Shown: positions 1-11,403, counted from the first letter of the stretch. The stretch is DNA of 64,000 bases from an uncultured Phycisphaerales bacterium (GCA_963844715.1 CAWJPJ010000006.1:928001-992000); one strand, 5' to 3'. Numbers and translations: made by a program. The notes: generated by a model not told the origin, from the sequence alone.

Positions 1-2
1 TG

Positions 3-1301
3 AAGAAACTGATCCTGGTCGATACGCCTGACCTGGACGGAGATCAGCCGGCGCATCATGCTCAGGCCGAGAGGGTATTTCGCTGGGCGGAGGGGGTGGT
101 GTTTCTTGTCTCGCCGGAAAAGTATCAGATGACGGAATTGCTGCCTTATTACCGATTGGCGCGGCGGTATGGGCTGCCGGCGATTTATGTCATGAACAAG
201 TGCGAGACGAGCCAGATGCTCGATGATTACCGGAAGGTTCTGGCCATCGAGGGGGTTGCGGGCGCCGTGTTTGCGATTCCCCGGGACGATGCGGCGTATG
301 AGCCGCCGCTGGAGGCGAATCAGAATTCTCTGCGCGCGGCCGTGACGGATTTTTCGCGGCCGAGCGCGGCGGATCGCCAGGCGGGATTGCGAAATCGTGG
401 AATCGATCTGCTCGGACGGCTGCGCGATCAGGTGATCGCGCCGATTCAGGCGGAAAGGCGCGACGCGGCCAAGATCATCGCCTCGCTGCAAGCGATGGAG
501 CGGCCGCCGCTGGGGATCGACGTGAATCCGATCACATTGCAACTGCAAAGACGGCTTCAGCAGCGCAGTGTGCTTTATTTGATGGGGCCGGGACGGGTGA
601 TGGATCGAGTGAGGCAGGTGCCGGGAATGCTGGTGCGGCTGCCTCGGACGGCGTGGGATTTCTTTCTGCATGGGAATGTCTCCGGCCCGGCGGATCCGAT
701 GCCGAATGAGGGGAATGGCCAGGTGCCGGATTTCGCGGCGACGTTGAAGGATCATTTCGTCATTTTGCAGACGCGGATCGCCGACGCCGTGCGCGCGACG
801 CCGAGCGGGCAGCTGTGGATATCTGCGGATTGGGATCAGTCGCTCATCGATCCGGCCGCGGCGGGGAAGATCGCCACGGAAGAGTTGAATGATTTGAACG
901 CCTGGCTGCAAAAGCGGTGGAACGCGACGCCGCGCGACACGGCTTTGCTCATGCGGCTGCTGAAGCATCTGCCGGGCGGGGAGAAATTGGCGCAGTGGAC
1001 GGAGGCCGCGCCGTATCTCCTGGCGATTGTCGTGGCGGCGCATCACGCGATTTTTGGTCCGGTGGACCTCATGGTTCTCGGCGGGTATGGGCTGGCGGCG
1101 TGGATCGTCGAGCGGCTGAGCAATGAAGTGGCCTCCCGCACGCGGCAGGCGAACCGCGCCATTGACCTACGCTTTGAAAAACTCGCTCACGAGCAGATTC
1201 GCAAGACGATCGCCTGGATCGAATCGCGCACGCCGTCGGCTGAGCAAATCCGCGCCGTCGAGGCGGCGGCGCAGCGCTTTGAGGAGTCGCTGGTTTCATG
1301 A
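3..1301 (+). CDS. P-loop GTPase (dynamin-like/IniA-IniC-type), 5' partial
   Basis: Frame is open from position 3: KKLILVDTPDLDG (G3-like), VMNKCE (G4-like), followed by a helical region and a C-terminal hydrophobic hairpin. Confidence 0.7.
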   Translation, partial: KKLILVDTPDLDGDQPAHHAQAERVFRWAEGVVFLVSPEKYQMTELLPYYRLARRYGLPAIYVMNKCETSQMLDDYRKVLAIEGVAGAVFAIPRDDAAYEPPLEANQNSLRAAVTDFSRPSAADRQAGLRNRGIDLLGRLRDQVIAPIQAERRDAAKIIASLQAMERPPLGIDVNPITLQLQRRLQQRSVLYLMGPGRVMDRVRQVPGMLVRLPRTAWDFFLHGNVSGPADPMPNEGNGQVPDFAATLKDHFVILQTRIADAVRATPSGQLWISADWDQSLIDPAAAGKIATEELNDLNAWLQKRWNATPRDTALLMRLLKHLPGGEKLAQWTEAAPYLLAIVVAAHHAIFGPVDLMVLGGYGLAAWIVERLSNEVASRTRQANRAIDLRFEKLAHEQIRKTIAWIESRTPSAEQIRAVEAAAQRFEESLVS

Positions 1302-3009
1302 ATACAGCGCACATCGAACAACTCGTCCATGATACGGTCGATCTCACCGGCGCTGCCCCCCCGCCGCTGCTGGAGGATAATTCGCCGACGCTCAGGGACG
1401 ACGCACTGGACGGCGAGATGTATCTCGTCGGCTTGATCGGCGGGAAAGACGTCGGCAAGAGCGCGCTGGTCAATGCGCTGGTCGGGCAGTCGATCACGCA
1501 AAGCACCAGTCACGGACCGGGAACGGAAAATGTGATCGCTTATGCCCACGCGGATCAGAAAGCGGAACTTTCAAAACTTCTGGACGCCCAGACGCCCGGC
1601 AGCTACATGATCGTGACTCATCGGCAGGAGGAACTGCGGAACCAGGTTTTGCTCGATTTGCCGGATATCGATAGCCGGTTCGCGGAGCATGTGCAGACTA
1701 CGCGGAAGATGCTGCGGCACATGCTTTTCCCGCTTTGGATTCAGAGCATCGAGAAGTATGCGGATGCCCAGCCGCAGAGTCTCTTGGCGCAGGTTGCGGC
1801 GGGGAACGATCCGAAGAATTTTCTCTTCTGTCTCAATAAAGTCGATCAGCTTGTGCGGAAGGAAAAGACGGCGGCCGACACGCTGCGGCAGGATTACGCG
1901 GCGCGCATCGCCAGGGTGCTTTCACTGCCGGAGCCGCCGAAGGTGTTGCTGATCTCCGCGATTCAGCCGGAGGCTTGGGATTTGCCGGCTTTGGCGAAAT
2001 TGCTCTCACGCCAGAAATCGAGCGGGGACGTCGCAGATTCCCTGCGCCTGCGCAAAAGCGGCGGCAGCGATCGCTTCTGGATTGGCTGGTCGCCCAGGAT
2101 TTGCCGGCGCGGGCGGCGCGCCTCGCGAGATTGGAAGATGAAGCATCCGATTTGCTCAGCGAGAGACTTGGGGAGCCGGTGATCGAGGAAGTGGTGCCCG
2201 GGATTTTGGATGATGCCGCGTACAGGTCGGTGATGACCGAGGGATTGTTCGATCGGCGTGTGGCGCGCTGGCCGGTGGTAAATATTTTGCATGCGGCTTT
2301 GTCGCCGCTGCTCATCGTGATTCGAGAAAACGCGGCGGCGGGAAGCGGCTTCGGCGGAGCTGATTCCCTGGTCGATGGACACCTGTCGGCACTCCAGCCG
2401 GATGTGCCGGCGAACATACAATCCGCCTTCGCTCAGTTGCACCAGACGAACCCGGCCGTCGCGGACCTCTACACGCGGCGGAAATTGTGGGAGTCGATGG
2501 ACGCCCAGGCGGCCGCGGCGTCTCTGCGCGGACAAATGATCGAAACCGTTCAGCGCCAGCGGCAAGCCGTCCTGGAGAAACTTTCCGGCGGCGAGGGGTG
2601 CCTGTCGCCGATCGTTCGCGTCGGATTGACGATCGGGGCGATCGTCTGGTTCCCGATCGTTCAGCCGATCCTGATGTTGATGCTGACAGCCGGCTCGCCC
2701 CTGCGAAGCTTGCACGACGCCGGAGTGATGTTCGTCGAAGTGATGAGCACGGAGGTCCTGCTTAAAAACGCCGTTTTCCTGCTCCTCTGGCACTTTTTCC
2801 TGTGGGCGATGCTCCGCTGGGACACGCGGCGGCGAGTGGACCACCTCCTGAGCGACTGGCAATCCGCCAAAAATCCCGATGCGGAGATGAATCTGACGAC
2901 CGTGGCGCTCCGATGGATCGATGATTTGACGAAGGAAATCCGATCGGCCAAGGGGACGACGGAGAGTCTGTCGGCGAAGGTGGAAACCCTCCGCGCCGAA
3001 CTAACGTAA
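1298..3009 (+). CDS. Second P-loop GTPase (dynamin-like) with C-terminal TM segments; frameshift near 2050
   Basis: GLIGGKDVGKS (G1), LLDLPDIDS (G3), NKVD (G4) in 1298..2182, continuing in 1975..3009 with two TM helices; ATGA overlap with the upstream GTPase. Confidence 0.7.
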
Positions 3010-3069
3010 ACACGTTCTTTACACAATCCTAATACCAAAGCGTATGGAAATGGCGAAGATGGGCGTTCC

Positions 3070-4581
3070 ATGGCGGCAGACTCTCAAGGACGAGAATCGT
3101 CTCGTGGGCTCTCAAAGCCTGCGCCGGCCTGGCTGGGGAAGAAGGTCGGGCGGTTCAGACTGCTGGCAAGCGTGGGGCAGGGGTCGATGGGGCGGGTCTT
3201 TCGGGCCGAGGATTCCAATCTCAATCGGCAGGTCGCTCTCAAGGTTTTGCCTAACAAGTTGAAGCTTGACGACGAGGAAGTCGCCGTCGAGCAGTTCATT
3301 CGCGAGGCGCGGTCGGCCGCGACGCTGGAACACCCCAACGTCGTGCACATCTACGAAGTCAACCAGACGGACAAAATCTGGTATATCGCCATGGAGCTTC
3401 TGGAGGGGGGGAACCTGCGCGAGTTGATCAAAGCCAACGGGCCGATGGACATGATTCGCGCCTGTCAGGTAGCCGCGGAAGCGGCGGAGGCGCTGGATTA
3501 CGCTCACAAGGCGGGGATTGTGCATCGCGACGTAAAGCCGGCGAATTTAATGCTCACGCGCACCGGGCGATGCAAATTGACGGATTTCGGCCTGGCGAGG
3601 ATCGACGACGCGAACGATTCGTTTCACATGGGGACGGAGAGCGTCGGCACGCCGCTCTACGCCGCGCCGGAAGTCACCCGTGGGCGGGCGGCGCAGGCGT
3701 CGGCGGATATCTACAGCCTTGGGTGCACGCTCTATTACCTTCTGACGGGGACGCCGCCGTTTTACGCCAAGACCGCTCCTGAGCTGATGCAGTTGCATCA
3801 GACGGCCCCCCCGCCGCATTTGTGCAATGATCGGCCGGACCTGCCGGAGACGCTCGCCCAGGCGATCATCCGGGCCATGGCCAAAGAGCCGGAGGAGCGA
3901 TTCGAATCGGCCGGACAGTTTGCCAAGGTTTTGCGCATGCACACGATTCCGGTCTCGGGATCGGGATCGGGATTAGGGGCGGGATCGGGATCGGCGGCGA
4001 ATTTCATGCAGGGGAGCGGGTCGAATCCGCTCGCGCCGGCGGCCGCGCCGCAGTTTTCTCGGCGTTTACTTGTTGGCGGAAGCATCGCCGCGGTTCTGGT
4101 TCTGGCCGGCGGAATTTCCGCGGCGGTTTATTTCGCGGCTCGGTCTGAAGCTCCGCCCATGCTGGCCGCGCCCCGGGTTACAGTCCAGCCGGCGGCGGAC
4201 GTGCAGAATTCCGTGCCGCCACCGCCACCGAAAGCCGACGCCCTGCAAGAGAATCTCGTTCCCGCCGCGACTTTCCAGGCTTCAGAGACCTCCCGCTTGA
4301 TGGCGATCGCCAAGGGGGATGATCCCAGACTTGCGGGGAAGCCGGTATCCGTCGTGGGTCAGATCGCCACGATTCACCCCACGCCGTCGGGCAAGTCGAT
4401 GCGGATTGAATTCGTGGGGTCGGATTCCGATGTCTTTTGCGCAACGTGCCCGCCGTCGTTGGCTAAATTGATTCAGGATGGATTTACGGGCCGGCTGATC
4501 CGCATTACTGGAGTTCCCCTGCTGCATAAGGATCGGGCGGAAATTCGCATCGATTCGCTGGATCAGATTCAGGCGAATTGA
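3070..4581 (+). CDS. Hanks-type Ser/Thr protein kinase with TM helix and C-terminal extracytoplasmic (possibly OB-fold) domain
   Basis: GQGSMG, VALK, HRDVKPAN, DFG and APE motifs; TM segment LLVGGSIAAVLVLAGGISAAVYF. Confidence 0.93.
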   Translation: MAADSQGRESSRGLSKPAPAWLGKKVGRFRLLASVGQGSMGRVFRAEDSNLNRQVALKVLPNKLKLDDEEVAVEQFIREARSAATLEHPNVVHIYEVNQTDKIWYIAMELLEGGNLRELIKANGPMDMIRACQVAAEAAEALDYAHKAGIVHRDVKPANLMLTRTGRCKLTDFGLARIDDANDSFHMGTESVGTPLYAAPEVTRGRAAQASADIYSLGCTLYYLLTGTPPFYAKTAPELMQLHQTAPPPHLCNDRPDLPETLAQAIIRAMAKEPEERFESAGQFAKVLRMHTIPVSGSGSGLGAGSGSAANFMQGSGSNPLAPAAAPQFSRRLLVGGSIAAVLVLAGGISAAVYFAARSEAPPMLAAPRVTVQPAADVQNSVPPPPPKADALQENLVPAATFQASETSRLMAIAKGDDPRLAGKPVSVVGQIATIHPTPSGKSMRIEFVGSDSDVFCATCPPSLAKLIQDGFTGRLIRITGVPLLHKDRAEIRIDSLDQIQAN

Positions 4582-4690
4582 ATCCTAATCTTTCTCTTTC
4601 TCTTTCTCTTAATCCAAATCCTAATCCTAATCTTCATCTTAATCGTAATCTCGGAAACGGATTCGCGCACGGCGACTCGAATGAGATTAA

Positions 4691-5584
4691 GAGCCTCTAA
4701 CAAAAATGCGAATGAAGCCTGTTCCAACAGATCATTGCCTCACCCACGGTCATGAACGCGGCGTGGATGTCGGGCCGTTTTTCGTAACGGACTCGCAGTC
4801 GGCGATTCTGATGCAACCAACTCAGCGTACGCTCCACCGGCCAGCGGGTTTTGCCAAGACCACTTCCGTGCGGGCGGTTGCGTCGGGCCAGCAACGGGCG
4901 GCTGCCACGCTGACGCAACGCCTTTCGGTGCGGTTCGGAGTGATACGCCCGGTCTCCCTGCACCACCTCGAACCGCCAGCGCGGCCGGCCCGGTTTGCCC
5001 GAGACCTTTGGAATCGCATCGATCAGCGGCAGCAGTTGCGTGATGTCGTGGCGGTTGGCCGCCGTCAGGAGGGCAACCATCGGCGTGCCGTTGCCATCGG
5101 TCAATACATGGTGCTTGGAACCGTTTTTCCTGCGATCTACCGGGCTCGGACCCGTTTTTTTCCCCCGTGCACGGCCCGCACGGAAGCAGAATCCACCAAG
5201 GCCCGCGACCAGTCGATGGCATTCGACCGCCGCAATCGATTCAGCAATAGTCCGTGCAGCTTCGTCCAAACCCCACGATGGTTCCAATCGCGCAGTCGAC
5301 GCCAGCAACTCATGCCGCTGCCGCATCCCATCTCCTGGGGAAGGTATTCCCACGGAATGCCGGTTTTGAGCACGAACAGAATACCCGACAACGCCGCGCG
5401 ATCGTCCAGCGGCGGCCGGCCGCGCTTTCCTGGACCACTGCGGTGCTTGGGAAGCAGGGGTCGGATCAACTCCCAAAGCTCGTCGGTCACCAACGGCTTG
5501 GTCATAAAGCCCTCCATGGCTAAGACCAAGCCGTATTGTCCGATCAACCATAAACATGGGGAAGTGCATTTTTGTTAGAGGCTC
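4691..5584 (-). mobile_element. IS5-family (IS427-like group) insertion sequence
   Basis: Perfect 19-bp terminal inverted repeats GAGCCTCTAACAAAAATGC (4691-4709 and 5566-5584); TAA target duplication (4688-4690 and 5585-5587). Confidence 0.92.
4697..5505 (-). CDS. IS5 transposase, orfA/orfB joined by a probable programmed -1 frameshift
   Basis: orfA MTKPLVTDELWELIRPLLP...TGIPWEYLP; slippery GGGGGAAAAAAAC near 5154-5166; orfB GSKHHVLTDGNG...GDRAY...RWPVERTLSWL...RYEK; stop codon lies within the IR. Confidence 0.9.
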
Positions 5585-5653
5585 TAAGATTAAGATGAGG
5601 ATTAAGATTATGAAGAGGAGTAAGAGTAAGAGAAAGATTAGGAACTTGGGCGT

Positions 5654-7186
5654 TCAAGCCAACTGATGCGCGGGCTTGGGAAGATCATCGTGAATCGTCT
5701 GCTGCTTGGGTTGATCGCCGGCAAAGCTGAATAGGATCATGTCATCGTCGATCTTGGCCTGCAAATGTACGGGGCGCTGCCAGATCTGGTAGAGGTTCTT
5801 CAGGGTTTCGACTGCGTATTTGATTTCCAGATCCAGCCCGTTGTGTTTGTGGGCGAGGAATAACTCGCCGCGGTTGGCGTAGTTTCCGTCGACGACGTAA
5901 ATGAACGGGCGGCCCATGTTGGTGAGCTGATAGAGCATCGTCTGCTTCACGCGCTGATGATCGCGGCTGACGACGCGAAGCTGGCCGGTGTGGGGGTCGC
6001 GGCCGTATTGATAGAATTTGTGCTTATCCACGAATTCCTGAGTGAGGAATTCGTCGATGAAATTCACGTCGTTATAGACGCGCCGGACTTCGAAGATTTT
6101 CTCGCGGCCCTGCCCCAGGCCTTTATCCCAGGCTTTCTTTTCGCCCAGGTTGTCGGATTCCTCATAGGCTTTGCCGAATTTTCCTTTGTTCCAGCGGTCT
6201 TCGATGTCGCGGAAAAGCTCCAGGCCGATCTTGTACGGATTGAAATTCCCCGGCGGCATGTGGACCGTCCCGCTGTGATGATCGGCATAGTCGATGATCT
6301 CGCGCACTTCGACAAAATGCTTGGTCATCAGCGTGCTGTGCCAATAGCTGGCCCAGCCTTCGTTCATCACCTTGGTCATCCCCTGCGGCGCGAAGTAATA
6401 CGCCTCCTCGCGCACGATGGAAAGGAGATCCATTTGCCAATCGTCGAGCCGCGCGTGTTGGAGGAGATAAGACAGCACATCCCGCGTGGGCCGGGCCGGC
6501 GTGACGTGGCGCATTTTGTCGCGCTCGGCGCGGATTTTCTTGGCCTCGGCCTCGATGACCTTCGGCGGATTGATCCAACGGTCCAGATATTCCTTGGCCC
6601 GGAATTTCGCGACGGGTTCCTCCTTCGGCTTCGGCTGCTGCGGGTCCTGCTCCATCGGGCCGCGATTCAGGAACATGCTGTGGGCGTCGATCAGGTCCTC
6701 GAGGCTCAGGCAAACGTCCAAAAATTTCTCGACGACGTCGAAGCCCTCTTTTTCTATGTGCCGGCGGACGCGCGTGGAGTGGTTCGCCATTTCATCGACC
6801 ATTTTGCGATTGGTCTGCGCGAACCAGAGATTGTTCTTGAAAAAATCGGCGTGGCCGTAGACGTGGGCGATGACCAGCTTCTGATCGACGAGCTGGTTCG
6901 ATTCCTGAAGATAGGCGTAGCAGGGGTCATTGTTGATGACCATTTCGTAGATTCGGCCCAGGCCGTAAAAGTGCTGTTTGCGGAGCCGTTCGTATTCGGC
7001 TCCGAATCGCCAGTGGGGGTATCGCTGGGGGAAGCCGCCATAGGCGGCAACCTGGTTCATCTGCTCGTAATCGCACATTTCGAAAACGACGGGGAAGAAA
7101 TCCAGGCCGTAGGATCGGGCCCGCTCGCGAATCTGTTTCTTCGCCGCCAGCAGTTCCGCGGGGAAGGTGGCGGAATGTGAACGCAT
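5654..7186 (-). CDS. spoVR: SpoVR family protein
   Basis: YPHWRFG, IYEMVIN, AHVYGHADFFKNN, TKVMNEGWASYWH, NPYKIG motifs. Confidence 0.92.
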   Translation of the reverse strand: MRSHSATFPAELLAAKKQIRERARSYGLDFFPVVFEMCDYEQMNQVAAYGGFPQRYPHWRFGAEYERLRKQHFYGLGRIYEMVINNDPCYAYLQESNQLVDQKLVIAHVYGHADFFKNNLWFAQTNRKMVDEMANHSTRVRRHIEKEGFDVVEKFLDVCLSLEDLIDAHSMFLNRGPMEQDPQQPKPKEEPVAKFRAKEYLDRWINPPKVIEAEAKKIRAERDKMRHVTPARPTRDVLSYLLQHARLDDWQMDLLSIVREEAYYFAPQGMTKVMNEGWASYWHSTLMTKHFVEVREIIDYADHHSGTVHMPPGNFNPYKIGLELFRDIEDRWNKGKFGKAYEESDNLGEKKAWDKGLGQGREKIFEVRRVYNDVNFIDEFLTQEFVDKHKFYQYGRDPHTGQLRVVSRDHQRVKQTMLYQLTNMGRPFIYVVDGNYANRGELFLAHKHNGLDLEIKYAVETLKNLYQIWQRPVHLQAKIDDDMILFSFAGDQPKQQTIHDDLPKPAHQLA

Positions 7187-7207
7187 ATCCCAATCTTAGA
7201 CGCGGAT

Positions 7208-8980
7208 TTACGATCGTAAAGGGGTGTGCCCGGACTGGCAGAAGCGGCGCCAGAACAACCGATAGGCGGCCTCAACGCCCCGGACGAACCCCGGCCCGTC
7301 CATGAGCGGGGATTTCCGCATCCTGTCGCGAAGGGTCGAGCGGATTTCGGATAGACGTGCCGAATCCTGGGCAAGCTGTACAGCGATCTTCGTGAATTCG
7401 GTGGGACTCGCCGCGGCCAGTTCCGGCAGACCGAGATTGGAAAGCTCGGTCCATCCGGCCCGGCCGACGGGGGTCTGGCCTATGAGCGTCAGCACGGGCA
7501 CGCCCATCCAGAAAGCGTCCAGACTGGTTGTATGCCCGTTGTACGGAATCGTATCCAGGCAAAGATCGATGCGGTGATAAGTTTGGAGATAATCGCGGCG
7601 AGATTGGCGGGAAATGAATTCGACGCGATCGGCCGAAATTCCGCGACTGAAGAATTTTTCCGAGATGCGCTGGCGGGCGGACCCGTCGGGGGCCAGCAAA
7701 ATCATTCGCGAATTCGCCACCGCGCAAAAACCCCCGCCCACAAATCCAACGTCAAATCGTTCAACTTGAAAAAGTTGTTTAAGCACCCGAACGTTATAAA
7801 CCCGTTCCGCGAAGCGGGTGGCGCTTGCACCTCCGGTCCCTCCTCAAGCGGGTCGTAACACCAAAAGCACCCCGGCAATTGATACGGGTAATCCGGAAAC
7901 GAATTCCGCGAATCGCTCGGCTCCAGAAACGAATCGGTTAATCGATAGTCGATGGTCCTCAATCCGCTCGACCCCGGATACCCGAGCCAACTCACTTGTA
8001 CTGGCGCCGGCTTGCGCAAAAACCATCAGCCGGTTGTTGGCCGTGTGGAGCTTTAGATCGACCAGAATGTCGATCTGGTCGGCGCGGACCTGTTGAGCGA
8101 TTTGCTCGTCTGAATGGCCGACGGTGCTCCGCCAACGATCCGAGACGGATTTGAACCGGTCGGTCATCCCGTCGGGATTCATCACTTCCGCGTAGCAGGT
8201 GATCTCAAATTCATGGCGGTCATGATTGCTCAAGAGCGGCCAGAGAAAAAAGGCGGAGGAGTGATCCCGGAAATCGGCCGAAACGTAGCCGATGCGCAGT
8301 CGCCGGTCCGGATCGCGATCATTTGAATGAGGCGAGATCCCCGCGCGAAGGGGGCGGGCGTGCTGGGCGTCCCATCGCTCTAATTCCGCCGGGAAGGAAT
8401 GGATCAACGTCGGCGAATATTGCATCTGCACGATCAAATTACTGTGCAACGCGGCATCCGACGGCGCGAGCTTCAGGCCCTGACGAAGGCACGCGAAGGC
8501 TTCCTCGGCACGGCCGTCGTTGAAAAGCGCTTTGCCCAAGTTGTTGTAGGCGGAGATAAAATTGGGCTGAAGTTCCAGAGCTTTTTTGCAGGCGGCGATC
8601 GCCTCATCCGTGCGCCCTGACGCTTCCAGGACGTTGCCAAGATTATTAAATGCTTCGGCCATGTTGGGCTGAAGCGCGACGGTGCGCTGATACGCCTCAA
8701 TGGCCTCGGCGGCGCGACCCAAAGTGGTCAAGACGGCGCCGAGATTGTTGCAGTAGTTGGCGGCCGAGGGATTGGACGCGATGGCGCGGCGGATAAGCTG
8801 TGCGGCCTCTTCCTGACGCCCCAGCGAATGGGCGACCAAGCCGAGAAGGTGAAGCGCTTCGGAATCGCCGGAATTTTTCAAGATTAATTGCTGACATAGC
8901 GACTCAGTCTCAGCGAATCGCCCTGCGCGAAAATGCTGTTTTGCCGCGGCCAGAAGCTGATCAGCCGATGTAGAAGTCAT
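7208..8980 (-). CDS. TPR-repeat O-GlcNAc transferase-like protein (GT41/SPINDLY), two frameshifts
   Basis: TPRs plus LRIGYVSADFRDHS (7844..9064); KPAPVQVSWLGYPG (7702..8019); [22 protein letters not shown] (7208..7786). Confidence 0.85.
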
Positions 8981-9074
8981 CAGACGCGTTCCCGGTAAGA
9001 GCGATAATAACCGGCTTGCTGGAAAAAGATGAGGCGCGGCGATTGTGAGCGGTGCGAAGAACATACGATAATAA

Positions 9075-9659
9075 ATGAAAGCACAGGTATTCGAAGAGAC
9101 GGGAGTTGAGATGACGAGCCTAAATCAATGCTTGACCTGCCCGGTCGCGGTCGACGCACGCAAGCCCATTTTCGGCGATGCCGGCCACCGTTTTGTGCTG
9201 CAAAGGGTTCAGCCGGCCCTCTTGGGTTTGATGGACGGGTCGGTTTCGACATTGGCGCCGATTTTCGCAACCGCGGGTTTGACCGGGCGGCCGATCGACG
9301 CGTTCTTCGTCGGGCTTGCGGCTTCGGTCGGCGCGGGGATCAGCATGGGTCTGGCCGAGGCGCTTTCAGATGACGGGAAAGTCACCGGGCGCGGGCAGCC
9401 GATTCTGCGCGGAATCATCACCGGGGTGGCGACGGTCGTCGGCGGGATGCTTCACACGATGCCGTTCCTTCTCCCGAATCTGCGCCTCGCCCTGCATCTG
9501 GCGTATGCCGTGGTCGTGTTTGAACTGCTTCTCATCGCGTACATCCGGTTCAAATATATGAAGACGCAGCTCGTCAAGACGATCGTTCAGGTGATCGTCG
9601 GCGGCGCGATTGTTTTTGCAATCGGATTGTGGCTGGGCAAAATGGGGGCGGGGTCGTAG
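9075..9659 (+). CDS. VIT1/CCC1-family (MbfA-like membrane domain) metal transporter
   Basis: [21 protein letters not shown] and [14 protein letters not shown] motifs; about 5 TM helices. Confidence 0.85.
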   Translation: MKAQVFEETGVEMTSLNQCLTCPVAVDARKPIFGDAGHRFVLQRVQPALLGLMDGSVSTLAPIFATAGLTGRPIDAFFVGLAASVGAGISMGLAEALSDDGKVTGRGQPILRGIITGVATVVGGMLHTMPFLLPNLRLALHLAYAVVVFELLLIAYIRFKYMKTQLVKTIVQVIVGGAIVFAIGLWLGKMGAGS

Positions 9660-9660
9660 A

Positions 9661-10086
9661 TCAGGGCTTGGTCGCCGGGGGCTGGCGCGTCGATTCCAAC
9701 TGCGATTTTTCCGCCTTGGCGCGATTGATCAGCGCGGCTGTGTCTTCCGTGCCGCTCATGGGCTCAAGAGTGTAGTGGAACGACTTCCGATCCTTGATGG
9801 TGATCGGAATCAGGTCAGCGAGAAGATCGATCGGTGGAATCTGGTAGATCGGCCTGGAAACGTCGGCGGTGGTCTTGAGGGATTCGTAACCCTCCATGCG
9901 CAGGGCCACGTCATATTTGCCGTACCAGATGAAATCATGCTCCATGGGGGTTCGGCCGATTTCCTGTTCATTGAGATAGACCAATGCCCCGGGCGGGTCG
10001 GATTGCACGGATAGGGTCCGCTCCACGCATCCGCCGGCCAGGAACAGCGCGGCGGTGCAACCGAGCAGGTTAGCGCGCATGTTCAT
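9661..10086 (-). CDS. PEGA-domain lipoprotein
   Basis: Lipobox LAGGC, then VERTLSVQSDPPGALVYLN...IGRTP. Confidence 0.8.
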   Translation of the reverse strand: MNMRANLLGCTAALFLAGGCVERTLSVQSDPPGALVYLNEQEIGRTPMEHDFIWYGKYDVALRMEGYESLKTTADVSRPIYQIPPIDLLADLIPITIKDRKSFHYTLEPMSGTEDTAALINRAKAEKSQLESTRQPPATKP

Positions 10087-10174
10087 GTCGGACGGAAGTA
10101 TAGATGCGGCCGGCCCGATCACAAGCCGTCCTCCCCCCTGCCAGGGGCGTAATCGGTTAGACTGAAAAGGCCTT

Positions 10175-11395
10175 ATGCTGATCATTTCGTTCTTCGGTAT
10201 TCTGGGCGCGTTTATCTGCCTGGACACCGTATTTTGGATCCGGGTGGATCAGCTTTTGCGCCCGGTGAAGTGGGGGAAACTTTATCGATCGATTCTGGCG
10301 ATCGTGATGTTGCCGTCCATGTCTTTCATGCTGGCGACAATTTTCGCGTTTCACGCGACGGCTCGGGCGCACAAATACATTCCGCCGCTCCTGGGGGCCT
10401 ACATTTACATCTGGAATTTTCTGATCGTCCTGCCGGCGGTGATCGTTTTGATGGGGCAACTGCTGATCGTGAAATTAAAGGCGGGATACCGAGAAGCCCG
10501 TTGCCGGCTGGGCTGGGACCGCCGGCCCGCCCCACCGCCGCCCGAGGAGCCTCAAGCCCTTTGGTCGCGGCGGAATTTTCTGGCAGCGACGGCGTTTGCC
10601 GTCCCTCCCCTGTGCACGCTGGCGCTTTCCGACGTGGCCCTGGCACAGCGCGGGGTGTTTCAAATCAAGGAATACGATCTGGCGCTGCCGGGCTGGGAAA
10701 AAGAACTGGACGGGTTCACGATCGCCCTGGTCGCGGACGTGCACACCGGGATTTTCACGACGCCGGCAATGCTGAACAAAATCGCCGACGCGACGAACAA
10801 TTTGCGATGCGATCTGATCCTGTTCGGCGGCGACTTGGTGAATCTCTCGCATTCCGATCTTCCCAGCGCGCTCGATATGGTCACCCGGCTCGACGCGCCG
10901 CAGGGCCTCTACATGATCCAGGGCAACCACGATGTCGTTGAGCCGGCGTGGGATTTCAACAAGACAGTCCGCACACGCGGCGTGAATCTGCTGGTCGACC
11001 AGATCGCAACCCTGACCCCGCGCGGCGTGCCGATCCAAATCCTTGGGACGCGCTGGTTCCAGAAGGAAGAGGACATGCGCCTTTCCGTGGCAAGGGTGGC
11101 CACCAACCGCGATTTGACCTGCTTTCCGATTCTCCTGGCGCATCATCCGCACAGTTGGGATGAGGCGACCGCGCGCGGCCTGCCGCTGACCCTTTCCGGC
11201 CACACGCACGGCGGGCAAATCATGCTGACTAAAAATATCGGGGCGGGACCGCTGCGTTTCCGATATTGGACGGGACTGTACGAAAAGCCGGGTTCGAAAC
11301 TGATCGTTTCCAACGGCGTGGGCAACTGGTTCCCCATCCGCATCAACGCCCCGGCCGACATTCTGAAAATTACCCTTCACCCCGGCGATGCTTGA
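10175..11395 (+). CDS. Membrane-anchored metallophosphoesterase (YkuE-like)
   Basis: DVH, GGDL, GNHD, LAHHP and SGHTHGGQ motifs; N-terminal TM helices. Confidence 0.9.
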   Translation: MLIISFFGILGAFICLDTVFWIRVDQLLRPVKWGKLYRSILAIVMLPSMSFMLATIFAFHATARAHKYIPPLLGAYIYIWNFLIVLPAVIVLMGQLLIVKLKAGYREARCRLGWDRRPAPPPPEEPQALWSRRNFLAATAFAVPPLCTLALSDVALAQRGVFQIKEYDLALPGWEKELDGFTIALVADVHTGIFTTPAMLNKIADATNNLRCDLILFGGDLVNLSHSDLPSALDMVTRLDAPQGLYMIQGNHDVVEPAWDFNKTVRTRGVNLLVDQIATLTPRGVPIQILGTRWFQKEEDMRLSVARVATNRDLTCFPILLAHHPHSWDEATARGLPLTLSGHTHGGQIMLTKNIGAGPLRFRYWTGLYEKPGSKLIVSNGVGNWFPIRINAPADILKITLHPGDA

Positions 11396-11403
11396 GAATC
11401 GCC

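Larger units (their letters stand above)
4583..5643. repeat. Hexamer-repeat imperfect palindrome between convergent genes, split by an IS5 insertion
   Basis: Left arm TCCTAATCTTTCTCTT...TCATCTTAATCGTAATCTC is the approximate reverse complement of right arm GAGATTAAGATTAAGATGA...AAGAGAAAGATTAGGA once the IS is removed. Confidence 0.7.

Noticed and set aside
4706..5578. 290-aa plus-strand ORF inside the IS5
   Set aside because: Antisense shadow of the transposase
5957..7180. Long antisense ORFs opposite spoVR (and similar ones opposite other genes)
   Set aside because: Typical high-GC shadow frames with no motifs
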